A program made the translations under genes and the position numbers. A stretch of 56,379 nucleotides of DNA from a virus (taxonomy: Duplodnaviria > Caudoviricetes), in IMG/VR virus record IMGVR_UViG_3300030433_001954, positions 1 through 56,379 of that record. One strand, given 5' to 3'. Below the pieces are notes generated by a model. That model saw only the letters and a program-made list of their open reading frames with translations. It ran no database searches and was not told where the DNA came from. The first letter of the stretch is position 1. Each line of letters starts with the position of its first letter. Of this stretch, positions 47,887 through 56,379 are shown piece after piece.

Positions 47887-48711
47887 ATGGCGCAGCCATC
47901 TAGTAGAGCGGAGTTGAAAGAATACTGCCTAAAACAACTAGGTAAGCCAGTTTTAGAAATTAACGTAGATGATGATCAGATTGATAATTTGATGGATGAT
48001 GCAATCCAGTATTTTCATGAACATCATTTTGATGGTATTGATAGAGTATTTCTGAAACACAAACTAACTCCCGCAACCAAAGATACACTTACCCAAGCAG
48101 GAGTCTCTACAACAACCTCCGCAAGCGTTGTAGGGGCGGGATTGAGTACGATTCAATATACTGAAGGTGTCAACTACCTACCCCTGCCAGACACGATTAT
48201 AGGTGTCAATCAGGTATTGAAGATCGATCAGAATACTATTTCTGCAGGTCTGTTTAATATCAAGTATCAGTTATTTTTGAATGACGTTTATTACTATGGT
48301 GCTCTCGATCTATTGAACTATTCAATGGTCAAGAGATATTTGGAAGATCTTGATTTCTTACTGAATCCCAAGACGCAAGTCAGATTTAATAAGGCAAACC
48401 ATAAATTATACTTGGATGTTGATTGGAACAACGTAGGTCAGAACGAGTATCTGGTCATTGATTGTTTCAGAATCTTGGATGGTGCAGATGCACCAAAACT
48501 CTATAACGATTCCTGGTTGAAGAAATATCTAACCGCATTGATTAAAAAACAATGGGGTATGAACATGATGAAATTCCAAGGTGTTACTCTACCAGGTGGA
48601 GTTCAATTAAATGGAAGACAAATCTATGAAGATGGTGTTCAAGAGATAGAAAAACTAGAGCTCAAACTCAGAACTGATTATGAACTCCCACCAATGGATC
48701 TAATAGGTTGA
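47887..48711 (+). CDS. gp13: neck protein gp13
   Basis: PSSRAELKEYCLKQLGKPVLEINVDDDQID, HFDG, WLKKYLTALIKKQWG.N..KFQGVTLPGGVQLNG, YELPPMDLIG. Confidence 0.95.
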   Translation: MAQPSSRAELKEYCLKQLGKPVLEINVDDDQIDNLMDDAIQYFHEHHFDGIDRVFLKHKLTPATKDTLTQAGVSTTTSASVVGAGLSTIQYTEGVNYLPLPDTIIGVNQVLKIDQNTISAGLFNIKYQLFLNDVYYYGALDLLNYSMVKRYLEDLDFLLNPKTQVRFNKANHKLYLDVDWNNVGQNEYLVIDCFRILDGADAPKLYNDSWLKKYLTALIKKQWGMNMMKFQGVTLPGGVQLNGRQIYEDGVQEIEKLELKLRTDYELPPMDLIG

Positions 48712-48712
48712 T

Positions 48713-50152
48713 ATGTCACCACTCAATTCTTACTTTTTGCAAGGATCTCCTGGGGAACAGAGACTTGTCCAGGATTTGATCAATGAACAACTCAAAATGT
48801 ATGGGCAAGACGTTCTATACATGCCGAGGAAAATTATTGGCGAAAATACTGTAATTAAAGAGATTACTGCGTCTAAGTTTGACGATAGTTTTCGCATTGA
48901 AGCGTATTTGATGAACTTTGAAGGATTCTCTGGTAACGGAGAACTCCTGACTCAATTTGGTATCAGAAATAATGACGAGGTAAATCTTGTTATCTCAAAG
49001 GAGAGGTATAACGAGTTCATCTTACCAAAGATGAATCTGATTCCACAATCAGAGAGAAAGTCTATTAGTAGACCAGCTGAAGGAGATCTAATCTATTTCC
49101 CTCTCGATGAATCACTATTTGAAATCAAATATGTAGAAGGTAAGAAACCTTTTTATCAACTACAGGAACTTTATGTTTATGAACTCAGATGTGAGAGATT
49201 TGAGTTTGAAGATGAAGTCATTGATATTCAGAATCAGGGAGATCTTGGTGAAGAGATCAACGAGTCTGTTAAGGACTTTGGAAATATCTACACTCTGAAT
49301 ATGGTTGGAACTGCAACAACAATTGCAGAAGCAACTGTCGGATTGAGAACTTCTGATTATACGTCCAAGTCTGTTCAGTACATTGATCTAGTCAATGATG
49401 GTCATGGATATAAGTTTGCACCAAATGTTGCAATTTCTACCGCAGGGCCTAATGGTGTAACTGCAACGGCAGTTGCAATCATGACGAGTAGAAATCAGAA
49501 TAATACTGATCTTTCTATTGATAGAATTCTAATTACTGAACCTGGTTACGGATATACCACTCCACCAAAAGTTACCATCAGTGGTGGTCAAGGTCAAGGT
49601 GGTATTGCAACCGCAGTTATCCGTACTGGAGTCCTTGGTCTGGTTTCCATCTCAACTGGTGGAGTCGGATATACAACAGTTCCACAAGTTATCTTCAGTG
49701 GAGTTGCGAGAACTGATAACGCAGTTGCAGAGGCGACAGTCGATATCAATGGTCAGATTTCCGATGTCAGATATTCCAATGCTGGTGCAGGATACACTTC
49801 TGGTAGTGTAGTTGGTGCAGGTCAGACCATACTTCCTACAATTACATTCACCGATCCATCCAATCCACAATCATTTGGCGATTACAAGTATGGAATGTTG
49901 GTAACTGGTTCTCAAACAGGAACTGAGGCATATGTGAAAGACTGGAATGCATACACCAGAGTTCTTAAACTTTCTTCCGTTGGAGGAAACTTTGCACTTG
50001 GTGAAGCGATTACTGGTGCAGGTGTAAGTTACAGACTTGCAAGTATTCAGGACAATGATTTTGCAGATGAATTTGCAGATAACATTGATATTGAGTCTGA
50101 AGCAGATGCAATTTTAGACTTCAGTGAAAGAAACCCATTTGGTGAGTACTAA
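48713..50152 (+). CDS. gp14: neck protein gp14 with inserted G-x-GY repeats
   Basis: EQRLVQDLINEQLKMYGQDVLYMPR, RPAEGDLIYFP, LFEIKYVE..KPFYQL, ILDFSERNPFG. Confidence 0.93.
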   Translation: MSPLNSYFLQGSPGEQRLVQDLINEQLKMYGQDVLYMPRKIIGENTVIKEITASKFDDSFRIEAYLMNFEGFSGNGELLTQFGIRNNDEVNLVISKERYNEFILPKMNLIPQSERKSISRPAEGDLIYFPLDESLFEIKYVEGKKPFYQLQELYVYELRCERFEFEDEVIDIQNQGDLGEEINESVKDFGNIYTLNMVGTATTIAEATVGLRTSDYTSKSVQYIDLVNDGHGYKFAPNVAISTAGPNGVTATAVAIMTSRNQNNTDLSIDRILITEPGYGYTTPPKVTISGGQGQGGIATAVIRTGVLGLVSISTGGVGYTTVPQVIFSGVARTDNAVAEATVDINGQISDVRYSNAGAGYTSGSVVGAGQTILPTITFTDPSNPQSFGDYKYGMLVTGSQTGTEAYVKDWNAYTRVLKLSSVGGNFALGEAITGAGVSYRLASIQDNDFADEFADNIDIESEADAILDFSERNPFGEY

Positions 50153-50155
50153 ATA
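50149..50155 (+). promoter_or_regulatory. T4-type late promoter
   Basis: CTAAATA over the gp14 stop, upstream of gp15. Confidence 0.7.
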
Positions 50156-50180
50156 ATTGATATAACCTTGGAATCTGATA

Positions 50181-51236
50181 ATGTTAGGAACTTATTATTA
50201 CCACGAAATTTTGAGGAAAACCATTGTATCCTTTGGTACCCTCTTTAATGACATTGAGATCAAACACAGAAACAATGCAGGTGGGGACTTTAGTATTATC
50301 AAAGTTCCCATTGCATATGGACCTGTTCAAAAGTTTCTAGCAAGAATCGAACAATCTCCTAACATAAGAAAGGAAGTTGCGATTACTTTGCCTAGAATGT
50401 CATTCGAGATGACTGGATTATCTTATGATCCTTCCAGAAAGTCTTCGACGATGCAGACTTTCAAAGCGATTGATAAAAATTCCAAGAATGCGACAAAGGT
50501 ATTGATGCCTGTCCCATACAATATGAGTATGAGACTTTCTGTTCTGACAAAACTCAACGAAGATGCGTTGCAGATTATTGAACAGATTCTTCCAATATTC
50601 CAACCACACTTCAACCTAACTGTTGATCTTGTTTCTACGATTGGAGAAAAGAGAGACATTCCAATGACTCTCAATAGTATCTCCATGGATGATCAATATG
50701 AAGGAGATTTTACAACTAGAAGAGCACTAACATATACATTAGATTTTACAATTAAGACTTACCTATTCGGTCCAGTCGCAAGTTCCTCCGATGGTCTCAT
50801 CAGAGAGGTTCAAGTTGACTATCATGGAGATCCCGTCAATCGTAAGAATTCTTCGAGAATGCTCAGATATAAGACTGAAGTCAGAGCAATCAAAGACTAC
50901 GATAGTGATGAAACAACTACGATCACTGAGGATCTTAACACCAGAGAAACTGCTATTGATCTGACTTATGCAGGTCAACTAGTAGAGGGTGCATACATCC
51001 AAATCGATTCTGAATCGATGAGAATCAGATCCATCACTGGAAATCAACTATTGGTTGAAAGAGGTGCAGATGGTACAACTATTGCAGAACACGCAGCAGG
51101 TACTGCAGTCAACGTCATCGATAATAGAGACGATATTCTCATCTCTCTTGATGATGAATTTGGTTTCAGTGAGTATCGTTATGAATACGATAGTGATGGA
51201 AAAGTTTTCAGTCCAAGTAAGGGTCAAGACGTATGA
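50181..51236 (+). CDS. gp15: tail sheath stabiliser / tail terminator gp15
   Basis: YYYHEILRKTIVSFGTLFNDI, KVPIAYGPVQKFLAR, ITLPRMSFE, QIIEQILPIFQP, YEGDFTTRR, KTYLFGP. Confidence 0.95.
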   Translation: MLGTYYYHEILRKTIVSFGTLFNDIEIKHRNNAGGDFSIIKVPIAYGPVQKFLARIEQSPNIRKEVAITLPRMSFEMTGLSYDPSRKSSTMQTFKAIDKNSKNATKVLMPVPYNMSMRLSVLTKLNEDALQIIEQILPIFQPHFNLTVDLVSTIGEKRDIPMTLNSISMDDQYEGDFTTRRALTYTLDFTIKTYLFGPVASSSDGLIREVQVDYHGDPVNRKNSSRMLRYKTEVRAIKDYDSDETTTITEDLNTRETAIDLTYAGQLVEGAYIQIDSESMRIRSITGNQLLVERGADGTTIAEHAAGTAVNVIDNRDDILISLDDEFGFSEYRYEYDSDGKVFSPSKGQDV

Positions 51237-51664
51237 ATTTTGAAGACATCGACAAGGCTTTAGATATTGAGAGTAAACCAGTAGAAACTGAGGTTGTAAA
51301 GAAAGAGAAAAAACCTGAAATTAAAAAAGTTCACTCTCAGGAGGAACAGATTCAGAAAGATTATGAATATACTCGTGGAAACCTTTACTCTATTATTGAA
51401 AAGGGTCAAGAAGCTATCGATGGTATTCTAGAACTCGCACAGGAATCAGATTCCCCTAGAGCATATGAAGTTGCAGGTCAGTTGATCAAGAGCGTTGCAG
51501 ATTCAACTGATAAATTGATGGATCTTCAAAAGAAATTGAAGGATGTCAATAAAGAAGAAAAAGGTGCAACACCTACTAACGTTACTAATAACGCCGTATT
51601 TTTGGGTTCAACCGCAGAGTTACAAAAGTACTTAAAGAGTTCAATGAAATCTGATACTAAATAA
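51233..51664 (+). CDS. gp16: terminase small subunit gp16
   Basis: DYEYTRGNLYSIIEKGQEAIDGILELAQESDSPRAYEVAGQLIK, NNAVFLGSTAELQK. Confidence 0.93.
   Translation: MNFEDIDKALDIESKPVETEVVKKEKKPEIKKVHSQEEQIQKDYEYTRGNLYSIIEKGQEAIDGILELAQESDSPRAYEVAGQLIKSVADSTDKLMDLQKKLKDVNKEEKGATPTNVTNNAVFLGSTAELQKYLKSSMKSDTK
51657..51663 (+). promoter_or_regulatory. T4-type late promoter
   Basis: CTAAATA over the gp16 stop, upstream of ORF 51691. Confidence 0.7.
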
Positions 51665-51690
51665 TAATACGCAAAAGTATTAGTATAAGA

Positions 51691-54561
51691 ATGGAAAGGC
51701 TTTCTTTTAAAGAGTGGCAAGTTCTGTCCGACCTAGAAGTACTCGATTCTATTCCCGAGGATTTCGAGTTTTCAATGGCTCGTGGAGAACTCAAGACTAT
51801 CAAGAGATCTGTTGATAGAATCATGAAGCACCTCGGTGGCGAGGGTGATCTAGAGGCATGGGTTCAGTCTAAAATTACCAAGGCTAATGATTATCTGAAT
51901 AGTGTCTCCAACCACATGGATGGTGGTGAAGATGATACTAAGAAAGAAGTAAAAGAAGCCAAGTGTGACTGCGATTGCGGTAAGGTTCCTTGCGTAGAGT
52001 GTGGTACCGATCACCACAAAAAAGAACTCAAGGAAGAGAAGTGCGGTGATGGAATGTACTACTGCAAGAGCAGTAAGAAGTGTAAAAAGATTCCTAAGGG
52101 TTATCGTGTTGGTAAAGATGGAATGCTCGTAAAGGGTGTCCGTTGGCAGGATTCGGATGGCGATGGTAAGTGGTACGAACCAGGTGATGATGTCTCCGAA
52201 GGCAGTAACCCTAGTTTTGAAATCAAGAAAAAGAAAGAAGTACCAGAAGTACCTTTCCAAGGACCCGAAGTTCCTAAGGACATGTCTTTTAAGACTTCGG
52301 AACTTACTAAAAGAATCGGAAAAAATATAAAGAAAATTAAGAACGATCCAAATCATCCAGTCAATAAATTAAATAAAAAAAGAAAACTGGATGAAGCAAC
52401 TCCTCGTCCAAAGGCAACTCAAAGAGGAAAACTTTCTAAAGCAGATGCACAACAACGCCAAGCAAAACTTGACAGAATTTCTGCAGCAAAAGAAAGATCT
52501 GGAGAAGTAAAATCATCTAAACCTGTAGAGACTTCTGCTCCTAAGAGAGAAAAAAGAGAAAAGGTTGATCCAAGACTAGAAAGAGCTGGAGATCAAATCA
52601 TTAGACAACTTAGAAGTGAAGGAAAGTATTCCGACTCCGAAACCTATGTAAAGGGTACTGCACCAGTCAGAGCAACTTATGGTGGTAAGACTGATTCTTT
52701 CACCAAAGAGACTTATAAGAAGAAATCAAAGAAACTGAACGAAGGTGCAGTAGAAGATCTAGAGAAGGGAATGGAAAATCTTAAGTCCATTACCTATGAT
52801 TCTATTGATGGTCTGATGAAGAAGATTGCAGAGGATCATGACATCTCTACGACCAAACTTCATTACATGTTTAAAGCAAAGCATGACATGACCCCCGATG
52901 ATTGGGCAGAAAAGAATCTCAAAGAAGAAATGTCTAACTGGAGACAGGACTTGGATGAGAAGTGCTGGAAGGGTTATGAGAAGAAGGGTATGAAGACTAT
53001 GTTTGGAAAGAGATATCCAAACTGCGTCAAGAAAGAGGAGACTGAAGTTATCGGTGAAGAGGGTGATAATAAAGTTACGGATATCAACAAAGGCAAAAGA
53101 ATGGATGCTAAAAAGCAGGCCATGAAGGATATGGGTAAAACACCATATGATACCAATACTGCTAGAAGGAGGGCTAAGGGTCAAGGGATCCTAGATAATC
53201 TGCTGGGAAAGCCCCCAACGACTGAAGAAGTCGTTTTAGAAAAAAGAGATGGCAAATCTGCCAAGTCCAAGGGATATTCCCTTCGTGACTGGTTCAAAGG
53301 TGGTGGATGGGTACAAGCAGGTGGTAAGTACGATGGAAAACCATGTGCAAAGCAACCAGGTCAAACCACAAAACCTTTCTGTCGTGATGCAGACGATCGT
53401 GCTGCAATGACTAAAGACGAGAGGGAAAAGAGAGCTGCAAAGAAACGCAGAGAAGATCCAAATCCAGAAAGAAAGGGTAAAGCGAAGATTGTTACTGAGG
53501 GAAAAGAAGACAAGGCAAGAAGATCAGAACTAGCAAAGAAACATGGACTTGATATGACTAAGCCTGGTTCAAGGGCAAAGTTAGCACGTCTAATGAAGGC
53601 AGATACCATCTCTAAAAAGAGAAAGGAAAGTGGTGATGTTAGAACTGATAAAGAAGTAAGAAAAGACAACGCTATCAATAGAAAGGAGATTGATAAAGAA
53701 AGACAGGCTCTAAAACAATCTAAAACTAAAAAAGGAACTGAAGCAAGAAGAAGAGTCGATAAAAAGTTGGACGACTTCAGAAGGGAACTCAGAAGTTCTG
53801 ATAAACCTGCTGAAGCACCACCAACTAGACAAAAGGTCAATGTAAAAGTTGGTACAAAAGTGGATAAACCCGCTGATGGACCAAAGACTGGTAGAAATAA
53901 ACCCACTGCTGAGAAACGTGCTGATAGAAAGTCCTATGAAGCACAGCAACGCAGGAATCAAAAGGAACTTACTGAAAAAACAGAAGAGATTAGATATTGT
54001 CCAAAATGCAAAAAACCAGAAACCAGATCTGATTGTCGTTACGGAGTAGATTATTGGGATGCAAATTCCAAAGCAATAGTTGCCGAAAAGAAAGATGCTT
54101 GCTATCATAAGGTCAAATCACGTTACTCCGTGTGGCCTTCTGCATATGCATCTGGTGCTCTAGTCAAGTGTCGCAAAGTCGGTGCAAAGAACTGGGGCAA
54201 CAAAACCAAAAAAGAAGGTTATGAATTTTCTGATTGGAGAGATGACTTCAAACCAACAGAAATTCAATCATTCGACATCGTAAAGGCAGAACCTCTGGTT
54301 GATGTTAATTCCATCACCGAACCTGTACAATTGGCAACAGAAGATTATCAAAGACTACAATCTACTGGTAACGTTTTCTGTATAATGCTAACGTGGAGAG
54401 GTCAGCCTTATAAGGTGCAACTTTTCTTCCCAGGTGGGTCTAGACCTTCCAGAGAAGAAGTCAAGGGTGAAGTAGATAAACTTTATCCTGGTGCAGTAAT
54501 CTCGCATTACTACCCAGCGCCTACTGACCCCACTCAACCAATTGTAGTTATTCAGAGGTAA
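51691..54561 (+). CDS. K/E-rich modular protein, probable internal head (poly)protein (956 aa)
   Basis: String of small modules separated by [ILV]-x-E motifs; late promoter; lies between gp16 and gp17. Confidence 0.75.
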   Translation: MERLSFKEWQVLSDLEVLDSIPEDFEFSMARGELKTIKRSVDRIMKHLGGEGDLEAWVQSKITKANDYLNSVSNHMDGGEDDTKKEVKEAKCDCDCGKVPCVECGTDHHKKELKEEKCGDGMYYCKSSKKCKKIPKGYRVGKDGMLVKGVRWQDSDGDGKWYEPGDDVSEGSNPSFEIKKKKEVPEVPFQGPEVPKDMSFKTSELTKRIGKNIKKIKNDPNHPVNKLNKKRKLDEATPRPKATQRGKLSKADAQQRQAKLDRISAAKERSGEVKSSKPVETSAPKREKREKVDPRLERAGDQIIRQLRSEGKYSDSETYVKGTAPVRATYGGKTDSFTKETYKKKSKKLNEGAVEDLEKGMENLKSITYDSIDGLMKKIAEDHDISTTKLHYMFKAKHDMTPDDWAEKNLKEEMSNWRQDLDEKCWKGYEKKGMKTMFGKRYPNCVKKEETEVIGEEGDNKVTDINKGKRMDAKKQAMKDMGKTPYDTNTARRRAKGQGILDNLLGKPPTTEEVVLEKRDGKSAKSKGYSLRDWFKGGGWVQAGGKYDGKPCAKQPGQTTKPFCRDADDRAAMTKDEREKRAAKKRREDPNPERKGKAKIVTEGKEDKARRSELAKKHGLDMTKPGSRAKLARLMKADTISKKRKESGDVRTDKEVRKDNAINRKEIDKERQALKQSKTKKGTEARRRVDKKLDDFRRELRSSDKPAEAPPTRQKVNVKVGTKVDKPADGPKTGRNKPTAEKRADRKSYEAQQRRNQKELTEKTEEIRYCPKCKKPETRSDCRYGVDYWDANSKAIVAEKKDACYHKVKSRYSVWPSAYASGALVKCRKVGAKNWGNKTKKEGYEFSDWRDDFKPTEIQSFDIVKAEPLVDVNSITEPVQLATEDYQRLQSTGNVFCIMLTWRGQPYKVQLFFPGGSRPSREEVKGEVDKLYPGAVISHYYPAPTDPTQPIVVIQR

Positions 54562-54566
54562 TTTAA

Positions 54567-54734
54567 ATGGACGACAACATCGAACTCTCAAACTTAAGTA
54601 AAGCGCTCGAGTTTGAGAAACAATCTAGGGAAATTGATAAGATGACTCTAACTGAAGCGAGAGAGTTCGCAAAGTCCTACCTCAAACTTTACTTCAAGCA
54701 ACAAGAAGTAGTAATGTCAATCGCAAATATGTAA
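54567..54734 (+). CDS. NblA-like small helical protein (55 aa)
   Basis: Translated by hand: MDDNIELSNLSKALEFEKQSREIDKMTLTEAREFAKSYLKLYFKQQEVVMSIANM; GAGG SD at 54555-54558; fills the gap between its neighbours exactly. The ORF is secure; the NblA call is tentative. Confidence 0.6.
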   Translation: MDDNIELSNLSKALEFEKQSREIDKMTLTEAREFAKSYLKLYFKQQEVVMSIANM

Positions 54735-55055
54735 ATGAAAAAGTTTAGTCAATTTCTATCAGAAGCAGTAAATATTGCTGGAGATTTCAACGGGAATCTT
54801 TATATCAATTCCCAAGAGTCCGAACCTGAAGAGGTTGGGGAATCTTATGTTGCAGACGTAATGTGGGAAGGGAAATTGTATAGGATGGAATTGATGACTA
54901 AATCAGGAGTTCCAACTAAACAAGATCTTGGTGAACAACTTCAGGGTGAGTATCCTGGTGCAGTTGTTCATCAAATCTATCCTGCACAAACTAAGAACCC
55001 TAATATCAAGAATGTGCAGAGATATCAACCAGAAAGATTAAGTTGGAGTGACTAA
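54735..55055 (+). CDS. probable internal head protein with a capsid-targeting-like N-terminus (106 aa)
   Basis: MKKFSQFLSEA resembles the T4 internal-protein capsid-targeting sequence; the core is paralogous to the C-terminus of ORF 51691. Confidence 0.75.
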   Translation: MKKFSQFLSEAVNIAGDFNGNLYINSQESEPEEVGESYVADVMWEGKLYRMELMTKSGVPTKQDLGEQLQGEYPGAVVHQIYPAQTKNPNIKNVQRYQPERLSWSD

Positions 55056-55057
55056 TT

Positions 55058-55900
55058 ATGGCACAGTGGAATAAAAGTGACCAAGATTATCTAAATCGGG
55101 AGAGAACACTCCATGAGGTGATGTTGATTGCGGATTCACAAGGTAATATCATCAATGACTTTGGTGGAACTACTGCAGGATCTGCACCAGGAAGTTCTGA
55201 TATTATCAGTCGTATTGGTATTGCTGCTAGTACATATACTGGATATTCATACATCAATAAGTTTGGTTATAGAACAAATACTGGTGGAAATAGTAACTAC
55301 CATTCAGTAACTTCTCAAGGAGCATATACATTTCCAACAACAGCATCAACTGCTGCTGTTACTAGTTCAGATACTGGGGAAGATAATGGTGGCACAGTTT
55401 TAGTTACTGGTCTTGATGCAAACTATAATGAAGTAGAAGAAACTATTACTATTGGTCAGACAGGATCTGTTTCATTCTTCAGAATTAATAGAGCAAGAAT
55501 GGTGGAAGCTGGTTCTGGTAATGATGTCAATGAAGGTAATATAAGTATTACTGTGGGTGGACAAACTGCAGGATATATCCCAGCAGAGTTTGGTCAAACC
55601 AATCAAGCAGTTTATACAGTTCCTGCTGGACATAATGCATATATCTTCCAGATTGATGGTGGTGTGGATGAAAAAGAAAAACCACAACACCTAAGATTAA
55701 TGGCAACAGATAATACTGCGACAAATCCAAGTAGAAGATCACTCATGTATTTTGTGTTTGAAACTTCTTATGCCAACCACAATATGACAGTTCCTATTGA
55801 GGTTACTGAGAAAACAGACTTAATTCTGGAGATGTCATCACCTGATGGTTCTGTAGAAATGTCTGGTGGTTTTGATTTAGTTCTTAAAAATAATAGTTGA
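55058..55900 (+). CDS. hypothetical, probably structural beta-rich protein (280 aa)
   Basis: ORF track; INKFG, VTGLDANYNEVEETIT, FFRINRA and AVYTVPAGHNAYI motifs; GGAG SD. Confidence 0.75.
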   Translation: MAQWNKSDQDYLNRERTLHEVMLIADSQGNIINDFGGTTAGSAPGSSDIISRIGIAASTYTGYSYINKFGYRTNTGGNSNYHSVTSQGAYTFPTTASTAAVTSSDTGEDNGGTVLVTGLDANYNEVEETITIGQTGSVSFFRINRARMVEAGSGNDVNEGNISITVGGQTAGYIPAEFGQTNQAVYTVPAGHNAYIFQIDGGVDEKEKPQHLRLMATDNTATNPSRRSLMYFVFETSYANHNMTVPIEVTEKTDLILEMSSPDGSVEMSGGFDLVLKNNS

Positions 55901-55907
55901 TTAAGTT

Positions 55908-56379
55908 ATGTCTGATAATGTATATCTTGGCAATCCGAATCTAAAAAAAGCAAACACGGCGATTGAGTTTACACAAGAGCAAATCTTAGAATTTGTTAAG
56001 TGTAAAGAAGATCCCGTGTATTTTGCTAATAACTACATTAAGATTGTTTCTCTGGATGAAGGACTTACCCAGTTTCATCCATATCATTTCCAAGAGAAGT
56101 TAATCAATAACTTTCATGAGAACAGATTTAATATCTGTAAGATGCCACGACAGACTGGTAAATCTACTACAGTAGTATCTTACCTTTTGCATTACGCTGT
56201 CTTTAACGACAGTGTGAACATTGGCATTCTTGCAAACAAAGCAGCAACCGCGAGAGAACTTCTTGGAAGGTTACAAACTGCATATGAAAACCTACCCAAG
56301 TGGATGCAACAGGGTATCATTGCATGGAACAAAGGATCTCTGGAGTTAGAAAATGGCAGTAAGATATTGGCAGCTAGTA
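55908..56379 (+). CDS. gp17: terminase large subunit gp17, N-terminal part (runs off the window end)
   Basis: Translated by hand: MSDNVYLGNPNLKKAN...KCKEDPVYFANNYIKIVSLDEG...Walker A MPRQTGKST...ILANKAATARELL...WNKGSLELENGSKILAAS. Confidence 0.96.
   Translation, partial: MSDNVYLGNPNLKKANTAIEFTQEQILEFVKCKEDPVYFANNYIKIVSLDEGLTQFHPYHFQEKLINNFHENRFNICKMPRQTGKSTTVVSYLLHYAVFNDSVNIGILANKAATARELLGRLQTAYENLPKWMQQGIIAWNKGSLELENGSKILAAS

Noticed and set aside
88-55742. Numerous minus-strand ORFs of 60-203 aa in the track
   Set aside because: All are antisense to well-supported + strand genes, with no recognisable motifs or expression signals
55908-56379. Intein or intron in the terminase large subunit
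   Set aside because: The Walker A region MPRQTGKST is uninterrupted in the visible part; the rest lies outside the window
1-56379. tRNA/rRNA genes, integrase, transposase or homing endonuclease
   Set aside because: No cloverleaf or T-loop signature noticed in the short intergenic gaps and no such protein motifs seen; tRNAscan-SE would be needed to exclude tRNAs formally

Overview
This is the virion-morphogenesis region of a T4-like marine cyanomyovirus (Kyanoviridae-type). All convincing genes lie on the + strand. The window runs from small early-type ORFs and a structured intergenic element, through a glycosyltransferase-like gene, a 2OG-Fe(II) oxygenase, baseplate gp25, gp6, a giant gp7 (5278 aa), gp8, a VrlC/DUF4815-like structural protein, small virion proteins, an FG-GAP adhesin-like protein and a 3404-aa tail fibre with an S74 chaperone, to gp13, gp14, gp15, gp16, an insert of internal-protein-like genes, and the start of gp17. 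T4-type late promoters (xxTAAATA) precede most of these genes. Main observation: gp7 and the tail fibre share a colinear ~500-aa cassette of three nested helical domains resembling phycobiliprotein subunits. They carry the KCxRD motif of the central bilin-binding Cys (alpha/beta-84) and the DC/AC...Y final-helix motif of beta-155, the T-type lyase site. This suggests a possibly bilin-bearing virion and a candidate substrate for phage bilin lyases. Also notable are an NblA-like 55-aa ORF missed by the ORF track and a 956-aa protein that looks like a prohead-protease-processed polyprotein. All family assignments come from reading motifs by eye against remembered reference sequences; no searches were run.
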